A stretch of 51,686 bases of DNA from Anaerolineae bacterium. GTDB taxonomy: Bacteria > Chloroflexota > Anaerolineae > JAAYZQ01. The notes below the pieces were generated by a model, which saw only the letters and a list, made by a program, of their open reading frames with translations, was not told the origin of the DNA and did not search any database. Position 1 is the first letter of the stretch. The number at the start of each line of letters is the position of its first letter. Below, piece after piece: positions 25,425 through 32,909 of the stretch. Made by a program: the position numbers and the translations under genes. The stretch covers positions 1-51,686 of the forward strand of contig JASFHU010000001.1 in NCBI GenBank assembly GCA_050123055.1. The letters are read 5' to 3'.

Positions 25425-26426
25425 CTACGGTGCGCTAGCCCGGACGACGAGCTCCAGGGGCAGCACAATCTCAGAACAGATCTCGGCAAAGCCATCAATC
25501 CGTTTCAACAGTAGGCGCATAGCTTGATCCCCCAGGTCGTAGCGAGGGACGTGGCAGGTTGTGAGTGGTGGGATGACCAGTGCAGCCATTGGGATGTCGT
25601 CAAAGCCAACCAGGGCCAGGTCGTCAGGCACCCGGCGGCCCAGCTCGGCACAGGCCTGCAGTGCACCCACAGCCACCAGGTCGTTGTAACAGAAAAGAGC
25701 TGTGAGCTCAGGGTGGTCAGAGAGCAATGCCTTGGCTGCCTCTCTTCCATCCTCTGTCTCGTAGGAACAGGAGCGTACCCAGCCTGCGTTCAAGGAGATT
25801 CCTGCAGCCGCCAGGGCGGCGTGGTAGCCTTTGGTCCGCTGCTGACTGCTGTAGGAAGTCAGCGGCCCGGCCAGAAAGCCTATCGCCCTGTGTCCGGTGC
25901 GTAGCAGGTGTTGGGTGGCCACCTGAGCACCCTCTTTGTCAGCCAGCAGGACCGCGTCTACGTGGTATACCTCCAATCTCCGGTTGACCAGTACGGAAGC
26001 GGGATGGTGATCCAGGGCTGCGCGCAGGCCGTCGTCGTGGAGCCGTGAACTGCACAGTACAACGCCATCCACGCGCTTCTCCTCCAATGAATCCAGGGCC
26101 GCAATCTCACGCTGAGGGCTTTCGTCGGTATTGCAGACAAAGATGTTGTAGCCTGCCGCGCGGGCCCTGTCTTCAGCGCCGCGGGCAACATCGGAGAAAA
26201 ATGGATTCGCCATGTCAGGGACCACCAGGCCGAGGGTACCGGTTCGTTGCGTGGCTAGCCCGCGGGCGATGCCGCTGGGCCGGTACCCCATCTCTTCAAT
26301 GATTTCCAGGACACGCTGGCGGGTCGTGGGGCTGATCTCCTCCTTCCCGTTGACCACCCTCGAGACGGTCATCAGGGAAACACCAGCTTCGCGGGCCACA
26401 TCCGATATCGTAACGCGACCGGCCAT
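25425..26426 (-). CDS. LacI family transcriptional regulator
   Basis: Track ORF 25425..26678 is over-extended. The start is MAGRVTISDVAREAGVSLMTVSRVVNG at ATG 26426 with a GGAGAAGGGTGG RBS. It has an HTH plus a periplasmic-binding-fold effector domain. Confidence 0.9.
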   Translation of the reverse strand: MAGRVTISDVAREAGVSLMTVSRVVNGKEEISPTTRQRVLEIIEEMGYRPSGIARGLATQRTGTLGLVVPDMANPFFSDVARGAEDRARAAGYNIFVCNTDESPQREIAALDSLEEKRVDGVVLCSSRLHDDGLRAALDHHPASVLVNRRLEVYHVDAVLLADKEGAQVATQHLLRTGHRAIGFLAGPLTSYSSQQRTKGYHAALAAAGISLNAGWVRSCSYETEDGREAAKALLSDHPELTALFCYNDLVAVGALQACAELGRRVPDDLALVGFDDIPMAALVIPPLTTCHVPRYDLGDQAMRLLLKRIDGFAEICSEIVLPLELVVRASAP

Positions 26427-26442
26427 CAGCCACCCTTCTCCT

Positions 26443-26476
26443 GTGTTGTTAGCGCTTACGTGAGCGCTAACAACAC
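26443..26476. promoter_or_regulatory. Perfect 14-bp inverted repeat with two AGCGCT cores (candidate LacI-family operator or leader hairpin)
   Basis: GTGTTGTTAGCGCT-TACGTG-AGCGCTAACAACAC ends 17 nt upstream of the LacI ATG. It lies downstream of an extended -10 (TGcTATACT, minus strand, 26583-26578). Confidence 0.5.
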
Positions 26477-26729
26477 GGCACCAAGGTAACAGCTTGTCGT
26501 TCCCACGGACACAGTGAACCGAACCCCGCTTGCGTTGTTGTCTGCAGCGACGGCTGTTTTTGAGCCAGTACTCAGCCAGTATAGCACAGGCGCCTTGGAC
26601 TTTGGCGCACAGCCTTTGGACAAAACCGTCGTCTGGGAGATGTCTTTCAGGACAGGAGCGGCGCGGAGCAGGCGACATCGGCTCCTTGGGGATTTGTGTG
26701 GACCCTGGGGTATTCGAGCTGAGCCCTTT

Positions 26730-29700
26730 TCATTCGGCCAGCAGCTCAGCCCGCTGTCGATATTCCGTGGGCGATAGACCCGTCACCTTGCGGAACACCC
26801 GGCTAAAGTAGGCCGGATCCTTGAACCCGACCTGGCGGGCTACTGTCCCAATATCTTCGCTGGTGTGGCGCAACCGTTCTTTGGCCTGCAGGATACGGTA
26901 TCGATTCAAGTACTCCCAGGGAGAAAGGCCCAACTCCTGGCGAAACACCCGGCTGAGGTAGTCCTCGCTGACGCCAATCGCATCGGCTATCTCCCAGCGC
27001 AGGAACGGCCGAGCATAGTTCTGATGAAAGTAGGCCACAGCTTGCTTGACCAGCGCACTGGTGTGTTGCGGTAGTGTCTCCCTGCCAAACAGAACCTGGT
27101 GTAGCGAGGCCACGATCTCATCTCTCGACAGGATGCCCTTGCTCTGCAGGGTGACCAACGCATGCCGCTCCAGTCGCTTGACATCATCGTTGGTGAGTAC
27201 CCGACCGCTCAAGATCAGGACTGGTACCCGCCGCGTCCGATCATTGGCCCGCATCCAGTCTAGCACGTCGAATCCATCCATCTCGGGCATCATGAGATCC
27301 AGGATCACCAGGCTGGGAACTTCTTGGGCCATGCAGGCCAGGGCGGCAGCGCCATCGGCGGCGGTGTGGATGAGGTAGCCGCTGCATCCCTCTGCCACGA
27401 CCTGCTGGTACAGATCGAGCACCTCGGGATCGTCATCTACGATGAGGATCGGACCGGCGTCTTCTGGGGGGCAGATGCTATTAATGGCCTCCATCAAGCT
27501 GGTTCCATCCAGTGGCTTGGCGACAAAGTCGGTCATGCCGATGCTCAGGGCCGCACCCTTACCCGTTTCCTGGCCATACAGGATAAAGGGGGCCTGCGAC
27601 AGCTTGGGGTGATTCCTCAGTCGCCGGACAACTACCCAATCGCCGGAGCGGGCATTGGCCAGGTCCCAGGCCAGGGCGGCGGGTTCCACCCTCTGCATGA
27701 CCGCGCCAAGGTCGTCGGTTGGCCGCAAGTTGTGGATCTCCAGGCCCTGGCAGCGGCTGAATTCGACGATCTCGGCGGCTGGCCGATCGTGAGAGGAGAT
27801 CAGGAGGAGGACAGGCTGGGCTGCCACTGAGGGGAGAGAGGGCCGATCGCTCAAGGTAGGCAGAGGCAGGTAGAGGTGAAACGTGCTCCCCTGGCCCGGC
27901 TGGCTTTCCAACTCTACGGAGCCGCGGTGCAGTGCTACTAGCCGGCGGGTGATGGTCAACCCCAGGCCCGCCCCTTCCAGCCTTCGATTCGCCTGACCGG
28001 CAGTGACAAAGGGCTCAAAGATACGCTCCTGCATCTCGATCGGAATACCGGGTCCCGTGTCCTGGACCCAGATGTGCAGAGCCTCTGCCATGACCTCGGC
28101 TCCCAGGGTGACCCAGCCCCGCTCTACGAACTTGCTGGCATTGCTCAATAGATTGAGCAAGATCTGCCGTAGCCGCACTGGATCGGCCTGTACCGTGGGC
28201 AAGCGCTCGGGTAGCTGCAGGTGCCAGGCGACCTCGTCGCGAGAATCGGCACTCGCCATACTGCGAAAGGCTTCTTCCAGCAGCGGGCGAGGGTCCATGA
28301 GCTCCAGGTACAGGTCGAGTTCGTCGATCTCGGCCCGTGAAAGGTCGAGCAGGTCATTGATCACCCTCAGTTGGTGCCTTGCGCTCTGGTGAATGTGTAA
28401 CAGATCGTTCAGCAATTCCTCTGGCAGGTCAGCGCCGTAGGGCATTGGCGAGCCCAGTGCCTCTTGCGCGCAACCAATGATCACGTTCAATGGGGTGCGT
28501 AGCTCGTGGCTCACGTTTGCCAGCAACCGCATCTTGAGCCGATCAGCCTTCTCTGCAGCAGCCCGGGCCTGGCGAGTTTCATCGAACAGGAGAGCGCCCT
28601 TTAGCGAGCTGCTGATCTGCCCGCGCAGTACCTCGTAGATCGTCCCATCTTTCGGCCCGACTCCGAACAGCGCAACTCCAATCTGTTCATTGCGAAAATG
28701 GAGCGGTTCGACCACCAGGTTGCAGGGCCTGTCGGGTCTACGCTGGCCTGTCAAGTCGAGTGGTGCCAGGTGCTCGGAAGGGAAACTTATTTCATCGGGC
28801 GTCAACGCCATGCGCCCGGTTTCATCATAGGCCAGGACCAAGCGTGACCGTTCGATCGTTTCCTGCGGGTTCTCGTACAAAGAAAGGTAGCAGCACTCAA
28901 TACCTAATGCCGGCAAATCTCGAGCCAGGACGTCTGCCAGCTCTGCCACGTCAAAGGTGGTGACGAGCGCCCGGCCAATCTGTTGCAAGGTTTGGGTCTG
29001 GCCGGTCCTGCGCACCATCTCGTGGCCTTGGGTCCGTCGCACCGCTTCACCAATCAGGACCCGCGCCTGCCCGAAAAGATCCTCAGCCTGACGAAGGGCC
29101 TCTGCGTCAGCATCGCCGAAACTGGGCAACGTGTGGCGGCGCAACGTCGACACCACATCCTGCCAGCCCTGGACCTGACCACTGGCCAGCATACCCTGGC
29201 GCAAGAGCTGATCCAGTTCCTGCAAAAACTTGCCCTCCGCGGCTGGAGCACCAGTCACCTGAGCGACGAAAGGATCGAACAGTCGAGGCGCCCAGTCGGT
29301 CCCCAGTCCCTTGGTCACGCTACCTGCCGCCTGCACCATCGCCTGGAGAGTGACCTCCCGCCGTGCGGAAAGCACGGTCGTTAGGGTCGCTTCAGTCGCT
29401 GATGGGAGTGTGGGGTCTGTGGCTGCCCGAACCACCGAGGGCAACAGGCAGCCACACGACTGGCGTACCTTCAACTTGGCCGGCAGGGCCACCTGCTCGG
29501 GCACTTGTTCACCAGCCAGCATCGCCAGCAGCATCTCCACCGCTCTCCGTCCCTGCTCGTAGAACGGCAATCTCACCGAAGTCAGCGGTGGTGTAACAAA
29601 CCTGCTCTCCAGCACATCGTTGAATCCCACCAGAGCTATCGCCTCGGGGACCTTGATGTTTCGTGTCTGCAGCTCTTCGAGCGCACCCAATGCGGGAAGG

Positions 29701-30392
29701 TCGCTTACAGTCACTACCGCCTCAATGTCCACCTGGGGGCGCAGGTTTCGTTCATCCAGCAGCAGGCGGATTCCCCCGGCGCCCGTAGCTGGGACAAACT
29801 CGCCAGGCATGGTAACAAGGTTGGGATCCAGGGGGATGCCATGCGCCTCCAGCGCGTCGGTATAGGCCCGGTAGCGTTCCTGCGCATAGTAGTGGCTCTC
29901 GGGCCCACGGACAAAAGACAAGCGACGGTATCCGTGGACCTCAACCAGGTGGGCGATCATGTCCCTCATGCCCTGGTAGCTATCGATCGATACGGTGGGT
30001 ATGCCTTCCATCGGCAAGGTGATGCTGACCATCGGCAGAGGATAGTAGCGGTCGTGAAAGCTCGCGACTTTGTCGGGTTCGAGGGTTCCGCCAACAGAAG
30101 AGGCCCAGGTCACCAGGCCGTCCACAACCTCCGCGCTGGCCAGACTATATGCTACGTTGGCCGGCGAGGGGAAACCAGCAGGGTCGCGCAGGGTCTCTCC
30201 GGCAAAGCAGATCAGGTGGGCGCCACGCTCCCGGGCCGCATCAACCACACCAGACCACAATGCTTGGCTAACATTGTCGCCAATCCGAGGGGTTAGATAG
30301 CCAATGGTGGGGCGTGTGTCGCGTGGCTCAAACGAGGCTATGGCTCCATCTGCATGCTGTGTGTCGTATCTACCGCCAACAACTGAGGACAT
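26730..30392 (-). CDS. Soluble hybrid two-component regulator: LacI-type sugar-binding fold, GAF-like region, HisKA/HATPase kinase, degenerate receiver, canonical receiver, AraC HTH
   Basis: Track ORF 26730..30419 starts with TTG; the ATG at 30392 follows AGGAGG. H-box SHELRTPL (His codon 28506-28508), N box LLNLLSNASKF, G boxes DTGPGIP and GAGLGLTI. The receiver Asp in LVILDLMMPEMDG is at 27297-27299. The C-terminal AraC-type HTH has GFKDPAYFSRVFRK. I saw no hydrophobic TM segment. Confidence 0.85.
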   Translation of the reverse strand: MSSVVGGRYDTQHADGAIASFEPRDTRPTIGYLTPRIGDNVSQALWSGVVDAARERGAHLICFAGETLRDPAGFPSPANVAYSLASAEVVDGLVTWASSVGGTLEPDKVASFHDRYYPLPMVSITLPMEGIPTVSIDSYQGMRDMIAHLVEVHGYRRLSFVRGPESHYYAQERYRAYTDALEAHGIPLDPNLVTMPGEFVPATGAGGIRLLLDERNLRPQVDIEAVVTVSDLPALGALEELQTRNIKVPEAIALVGFNDVLESRFVTPPLTSVRLPFYEQGRRAVEMLLAMLAGEQVPEQVALPAKLKVRQSCGCLLPSVVRAATDPTLPSATEATLTTVLSARREVTLQAMVQAAGSVTKGLGTDWAPRLFDPFVAQVTGAPAAEGKFLQELDQLLRQGMLASGQVQGWQDVVSTLRRHTLPSFGDADAEALRQAEDLFGQARVLIGEAVRRTQGHEMVRRTGQTQTLQQIGRALVTTFDVAELADVLARDLPALGIECCYLSLYENPQETIERSRLVLAYDETGRMALTPDEISFPSEHLAPLDLTGQRRPDRPCNLVVEPLHFRNEQIGVALFGVGPKDGTIYEVLRGQISSSLKGALLFDETRQARAAAEKADRLKMRLLANVSHELRTPLNVIIGCAQEALGSPMPYGADLPEELLNDLLHIHQSARHQLRVINDLLDLSRAEIDELDLYLELMDPRPLLEEAFRSMASADSRDEVAWHLQLPERLPTVQADPVRLRQILLNLLSNASKFVERGWVTLGAEVMAEALHIWVQDTGPGIPIEMQERIFEPFVTAGQANRRLEGAGLGLTITRRLVALHRGSVELESQPGQGSTFHLYLPLPTLSDRPSLPSVAAQPVLLLISSHDRPAAEIVEFSRCQGLEIHNLRPTDDLGAVMQRVEPAALAWDLANARSGDWVVVRRLRNHPKLSQAPFILYGQETGKGAALSIGMTDFVAKPLDGTSLMEAINSICPPEDAGPILIVDDDPEVLDLYQQVVAEGCSGYLIHTAADGAAALACMAQEVPSLVILDLMMPEMDGFDVLDWMRANDRTRRVPVLILSGRVLTNDDVKRLERHALVTLQSKGILSRDEIVASLHQVLFGRETLPQHTSALVKQAVAYFHQNYARPFLRWEIADAIGVSEDYLSRVFRQELGLSPWEYLNRYRILQAKERLRHTSEDIGTVARQVGFKDPAYFSRVFRKVTGLSPTEYRQRAELLAE

Positions 30393-30433
30393 TCGCCTCC
30401 TGGTGCAGCAAGCGCCCAAATGCTCAAGATCTG

Positions 30434-30522
30434 TATCCTCTCAGCAAGTGGGGGCGGGGTATATGCGGGCGGCAAAGCCGCCCGCATATACCCCAACTTC
30501 CCCCGATCTATTGAAAAGATAC
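30434..30522 (+). repeat. Copy 1 of a bipartite ~50-nt repeat, split by the 39-nt palindrome
   Basis: Left arm TATCCTCTCAGCAAGTGGGGGC (30434-30455) and core CCCCGATCTATTGAAAAGATAC (30501-30522). The core is 22/22 identical and the left arm 18/22 identical to copy 2. Confidence 0.75.
30456..30494. repeat. Perfect 39-nt palindrome (18-bp stem, 3-nt loop)
   Basis: GGGGTATATGCGGGCGGC-AAA-GCCGCCCGCATATACCCC. No flanking U/T tract. It interrupts repeat copy 1 relative to copy 2. Confidence 0.8.
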
Positions 30523-30569
30523 CAAGTCCTAGACCCTTGCCGGGCTAGCGGGACGACCGGGCAAGCGAT

Positions 30570-30598
30570 AGTATAGCATGAGCGCGTATCACTGTCAA
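30570..30598 (-). promoter_or_regulatory. Sigma-70-type promoter of the hybrid regulator gene
   Basis: Minus strand TTGACA (30598-30593), 17 nt, TATACT (30575-30570) with TGc immediately upstream (extended -10). Predicts a ~170-nt 5' UTR. Confidence 0.65.
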
Positions 30599-30768
30599 GG
30601 ATGCGAGAGGAACCATGATGAAAGCAAGAGGCGACGTCCTGCCAATCTCAGGCAGAAGAGGAGGAACAGCGACAGCACTTGCTCAAACACAAGCAACTAT
30701 CCCGATGACGAGGGCGCTGGGCCAGATACCCAGCACCCTCGTTGGATTTCGCATTCGGCAAAAGGTGG

Positions 30769-32229
30769 CTACCACTCATAGCGCACGGTGTAGGTCACGA
30801 CCGTCTCGCCGTTCGCCTCCACCGGCACCCGGAACTCAATGGTCTGGGCGTCCGTTTTTTCATAGTCGTGGCTGGATTCCAGGATCTTCCACCCAGACCA
30901 GCGGAACATGTGCTCCACCACCCGCACTTCGATCTCCTCGTCCTTGTGATTGCGCAGCGTGATCTCGTAGCTCTCTTCCATCCAGTCGTCATCATAGTCC
31001 ACCCGAAAATCGGTCTGGATCCGCTCGCCGACGACATCAAAGGCATCGCCGATGTAGAGCCGCACCGACTCGTCCTTGGGCGTGTGGTCGATGGCATCCT
31101 CACCGATCAGCAGGGTTGAGCCGTCGATGTCCTTCTTGTAGACCCGCAGGGTGCCCTTGGGCAGCGGGACACCCAGGCCCTCCTCCTCGCCATTCTGGAA
31201 CTCGAGCATGACCATGACCTTTTTGTTGGAGGCGGTGCCGTAGCTGGGGTCATCCAGCGGCTGGTAGTAGCCTCCGAATCGAAGTTGCGCCCCGTCGTAG
31301 ACAAAGAACTTTTCGGCCGGCACGTCACTGGCAGTGACAAACTCGATCTGCTTGGTCTGCTGGTCCTTGACCGTCACCGGGCGCTGCACCTCGTAGAGAT
31401 GGTACTCAAAAAAGCCCCGCTCCTCGACCTGCGGCGCTGGCGCAGCGGCAGCCATGTCAAATACCATCTCTTTCTCCACCACATAGTCGTCGCTGGGTGC
31501 CCGGTGGATGTCGCCGGCGATCAGCTTGAGCTTGGCATCCTCGTAGCTGGTTCCGCTGCGGTTGTCCAGCGTCACCCAACCGTCCAGATCGAGCGACTTG
31601 TCGTCGTCCGCCAGGACGAGGATATAGTCGGACTGCCAGTTGACGCCCCTGGTGAGGTAGGTGACCTCTACATCCTGGGCGCCTCCTTCGACCGATTCCA
31701 CCTGCCAGACCAGCGTCGGCCGGGTGATCAGCCCTTCCGGCAGGGCAGGGAAGCTGAACTCTTTGATCCGGTCCAGCTTGAGCACCGTCACCTGCCCGTC
31801 GGCGGCCTCCAGGATGACGTCGTCGGCGCCGCTGAGAAGCGTGCCGACGTATTCCTGTCCATCCTCGGTGACCACGGCAATCTCCTGGTCCACGTACTTG
31901 CTGAGGAGCTTGGCCGAGCCGACGATGTCGTACTCGTAGTTCTGCTCCAGGACCAAAGTGCCCTCCGGGTCGGTGAGGGAGCGAAAGTGGACGCTGGTCG
32001 GATCGATCAGCGAGGCCACATCCACAAAGCGAACCTCGTTGAGCCCGCCCGACAGGTCCAGGTTGCGCAGGTCCTTGACCAGGGCCAGGTTCTGGTTGTA
32101 AACGGCCAGCTCCAGGCCCTCGCTCTGGGCTGCGACCGGGGCCGCGCCCGACCCGCCGCTCAGCACGCTAACGCCCACCAGGGCCAGGACGGCCATCACA
32201 CTCCAAATCATCCATCGTCTGTTCGCCAT
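30769..32229 (-). CDS. DUF4139-like secreted or membrane-anchored protein
   Basis: Track ORF 30769..32295. I prefer the ATG at 32229 (MANRRWMIWSVMAVLALVGV...) preceded by AAGGAGG at 7 nt. The N-terminal signal/anchor is followed by a beta-rich body (LAVYNQNLALVKD..., VTYLTRGVNWQSDY) that I recall as DUF4139-type. Confidence 0.6.
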   Translation of the reverse strand: MANRRWMIWSVMAVLALVGVSVLSGGSGAAPVAAQSEGLELAVYNQNLALVKDLRNLDLSGGLNEVRFVDVASLIDPTSVHFRSLTDPEGTLVLEQNYEYDIVGSAKLLSKYVDQEIAVVTEDGQEYVGTLLSGADDVILEAADGQVTVLKLDRIKEFSFPALPEGLITRPTLVWQVESVEGGAQDVEVTYLTRGVNWQSDYILVLADDDKSLDLDGWVTLDNRSGTSYEDAKLKLIAGDIHRAPSDDYVVEKEMVFDMAAAAPAPQVEERGFFEYHLYEVQRPVTVKDQQTKQIEFVTASDVPAEKFFVYDGAQLRFGGYYQPLDDPSYGTASNKKVMVMLEFQNGEEEGLGVPLPKGTLRVYKKDIDGSTLLIGEDAIDHTPKDESVRLYIGDAFDVVGERIQTDFRVDYDDDWMEESYEITLRNHKDEEIEVRVVEHMFRWSGWKILESSHDYEKTDAQTIEFRVPVEANGETVVTYTVRYEW

Positions 32230-32327
32230 CACAGTGCCTCCTTTGTGCTTTAGATTCACTTGGTTCTTGCCTACAGGACGCCTATTGCGGCTCAAAGGTT
32301 CCCAGGGGAGACTCGGGTCCTGGGCAG

Positions 32328-32861
32328 CTAGCGGTTCAACTCCCGCAGTTGGGCTTTGTAACGATTCCGAATCCCTTCAAATAGGGTGCAGTAGTGATCG
32401 CTGGCATAGTCGGGGTAAGTCCAGGGCCAGGGACGGAAACGACCCCGCTGGTAGGTCAGCGTGCCCTCACCATAAATCCCCTGGCCCAGGTACAAGCGGT
32501 GAGCGTGGTTCTTGGTGGAGGCCAGCACCATCTTGCCCAAGGAGACATACCCGGGATCGACGTTCACCGGGCGATGGTCGTCCGCGGCCAGCGACCACTC
32601 CAGGTCGTTGGTCTGCAACTTGATAGCGGGGAGGTCTCCCGGGTCCACCAGGTTCTCAAAGGTCACGATCTGCCGCTGCAAGCCGGGTCCAAACTCATCG
32701 GCGTAATAGTCGGTGTGGTCAAAGGGCAGCAGTTCGCTCTCGAAATCGATGGGGCCAAAGGCACGGATCAAAGCCTCCTTCACCCCGTCCAGCAGGGACA
32801 GATTCCCAGTCAACAGACTGGCGATCAGCTTCACCGGTTCGGCTTGGCGGGCTGTTCCCAT
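32328..32861 (-). CDS. DUF4416 family protein
   Basis: Track ORF 32328..33014. The ATG at 32861 (MGTARQAEPVKLIASLL) has a GGGGAGGG RBS and a TTGACA-17-TATCAT promoter immediately upstream. FDHTDYYADEFGPGL, VNVDPGY and WPWTYPDYA are as I remember for DUF4416. Confidence 0.6.
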   Translation of the reverse strand: MGTARQAEPVKLIASLLTGNLSLLDGVKEALIRAFGPIDFESELLPFDHTDYYADEFGPGLQRQIVTFENLVDPGDLPAIKLQTNDLEWSLAADDHRPVNVDPGYVSLGKMVLASTKNHAHRLYLGQGIYGEGTLTYQRGRFRPWPWTYPDYASDHYCTLFEGIRNRYKAQLRELNR

Positions 32862-32880
32862 GGCTGTACCCTCCCCGACC

Positions 32881-32909
32881 ATGATACCGGCAACCTCAGT
32901 TCCTGTCAA
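32881..32909 (-). promoter_or_regulatory. Sigma-70-type promoter of the DUF4416 gene
   Basis: Minus strand TTGACA (32909-32904), 17 nt, TATCAT (32886-32881). The RBS and the ATG at 32861 follow within 25 nt. Confidence 0.6.

Noticed and set aside
24138-25514. 458-aa plus-strand ORF
   Set aside because: It is antisense to the substrate-binding protein gene and runs across an intergenic region. The composition is a GC-frame artefact, and it lacks an RBS and recognisable motifs.
30456-30494. The 39-nt perfect hairpin as an intrinsic terminator for the upstream DUF4139-like gene
   Set aside because: There is no U/T tract on either side. It lies 275 nt past that gene's stop and downstream of the regulator's predicted promoter.
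30578-30962. Small plus-strand ORFs (67 aa and 115 aa) downstream of repeat copy 1
   Set aside because: The 30615 ORF has a passable GAGAGG RBS, but it runs about 190 nt antisense into the DUF4139-like gene and has non-protein-like composition. The region is better explained as the minus-strand promoter and 5' UTR of the hybrid regulator. I kept it in mind only as something dRNA-seq could revisit.
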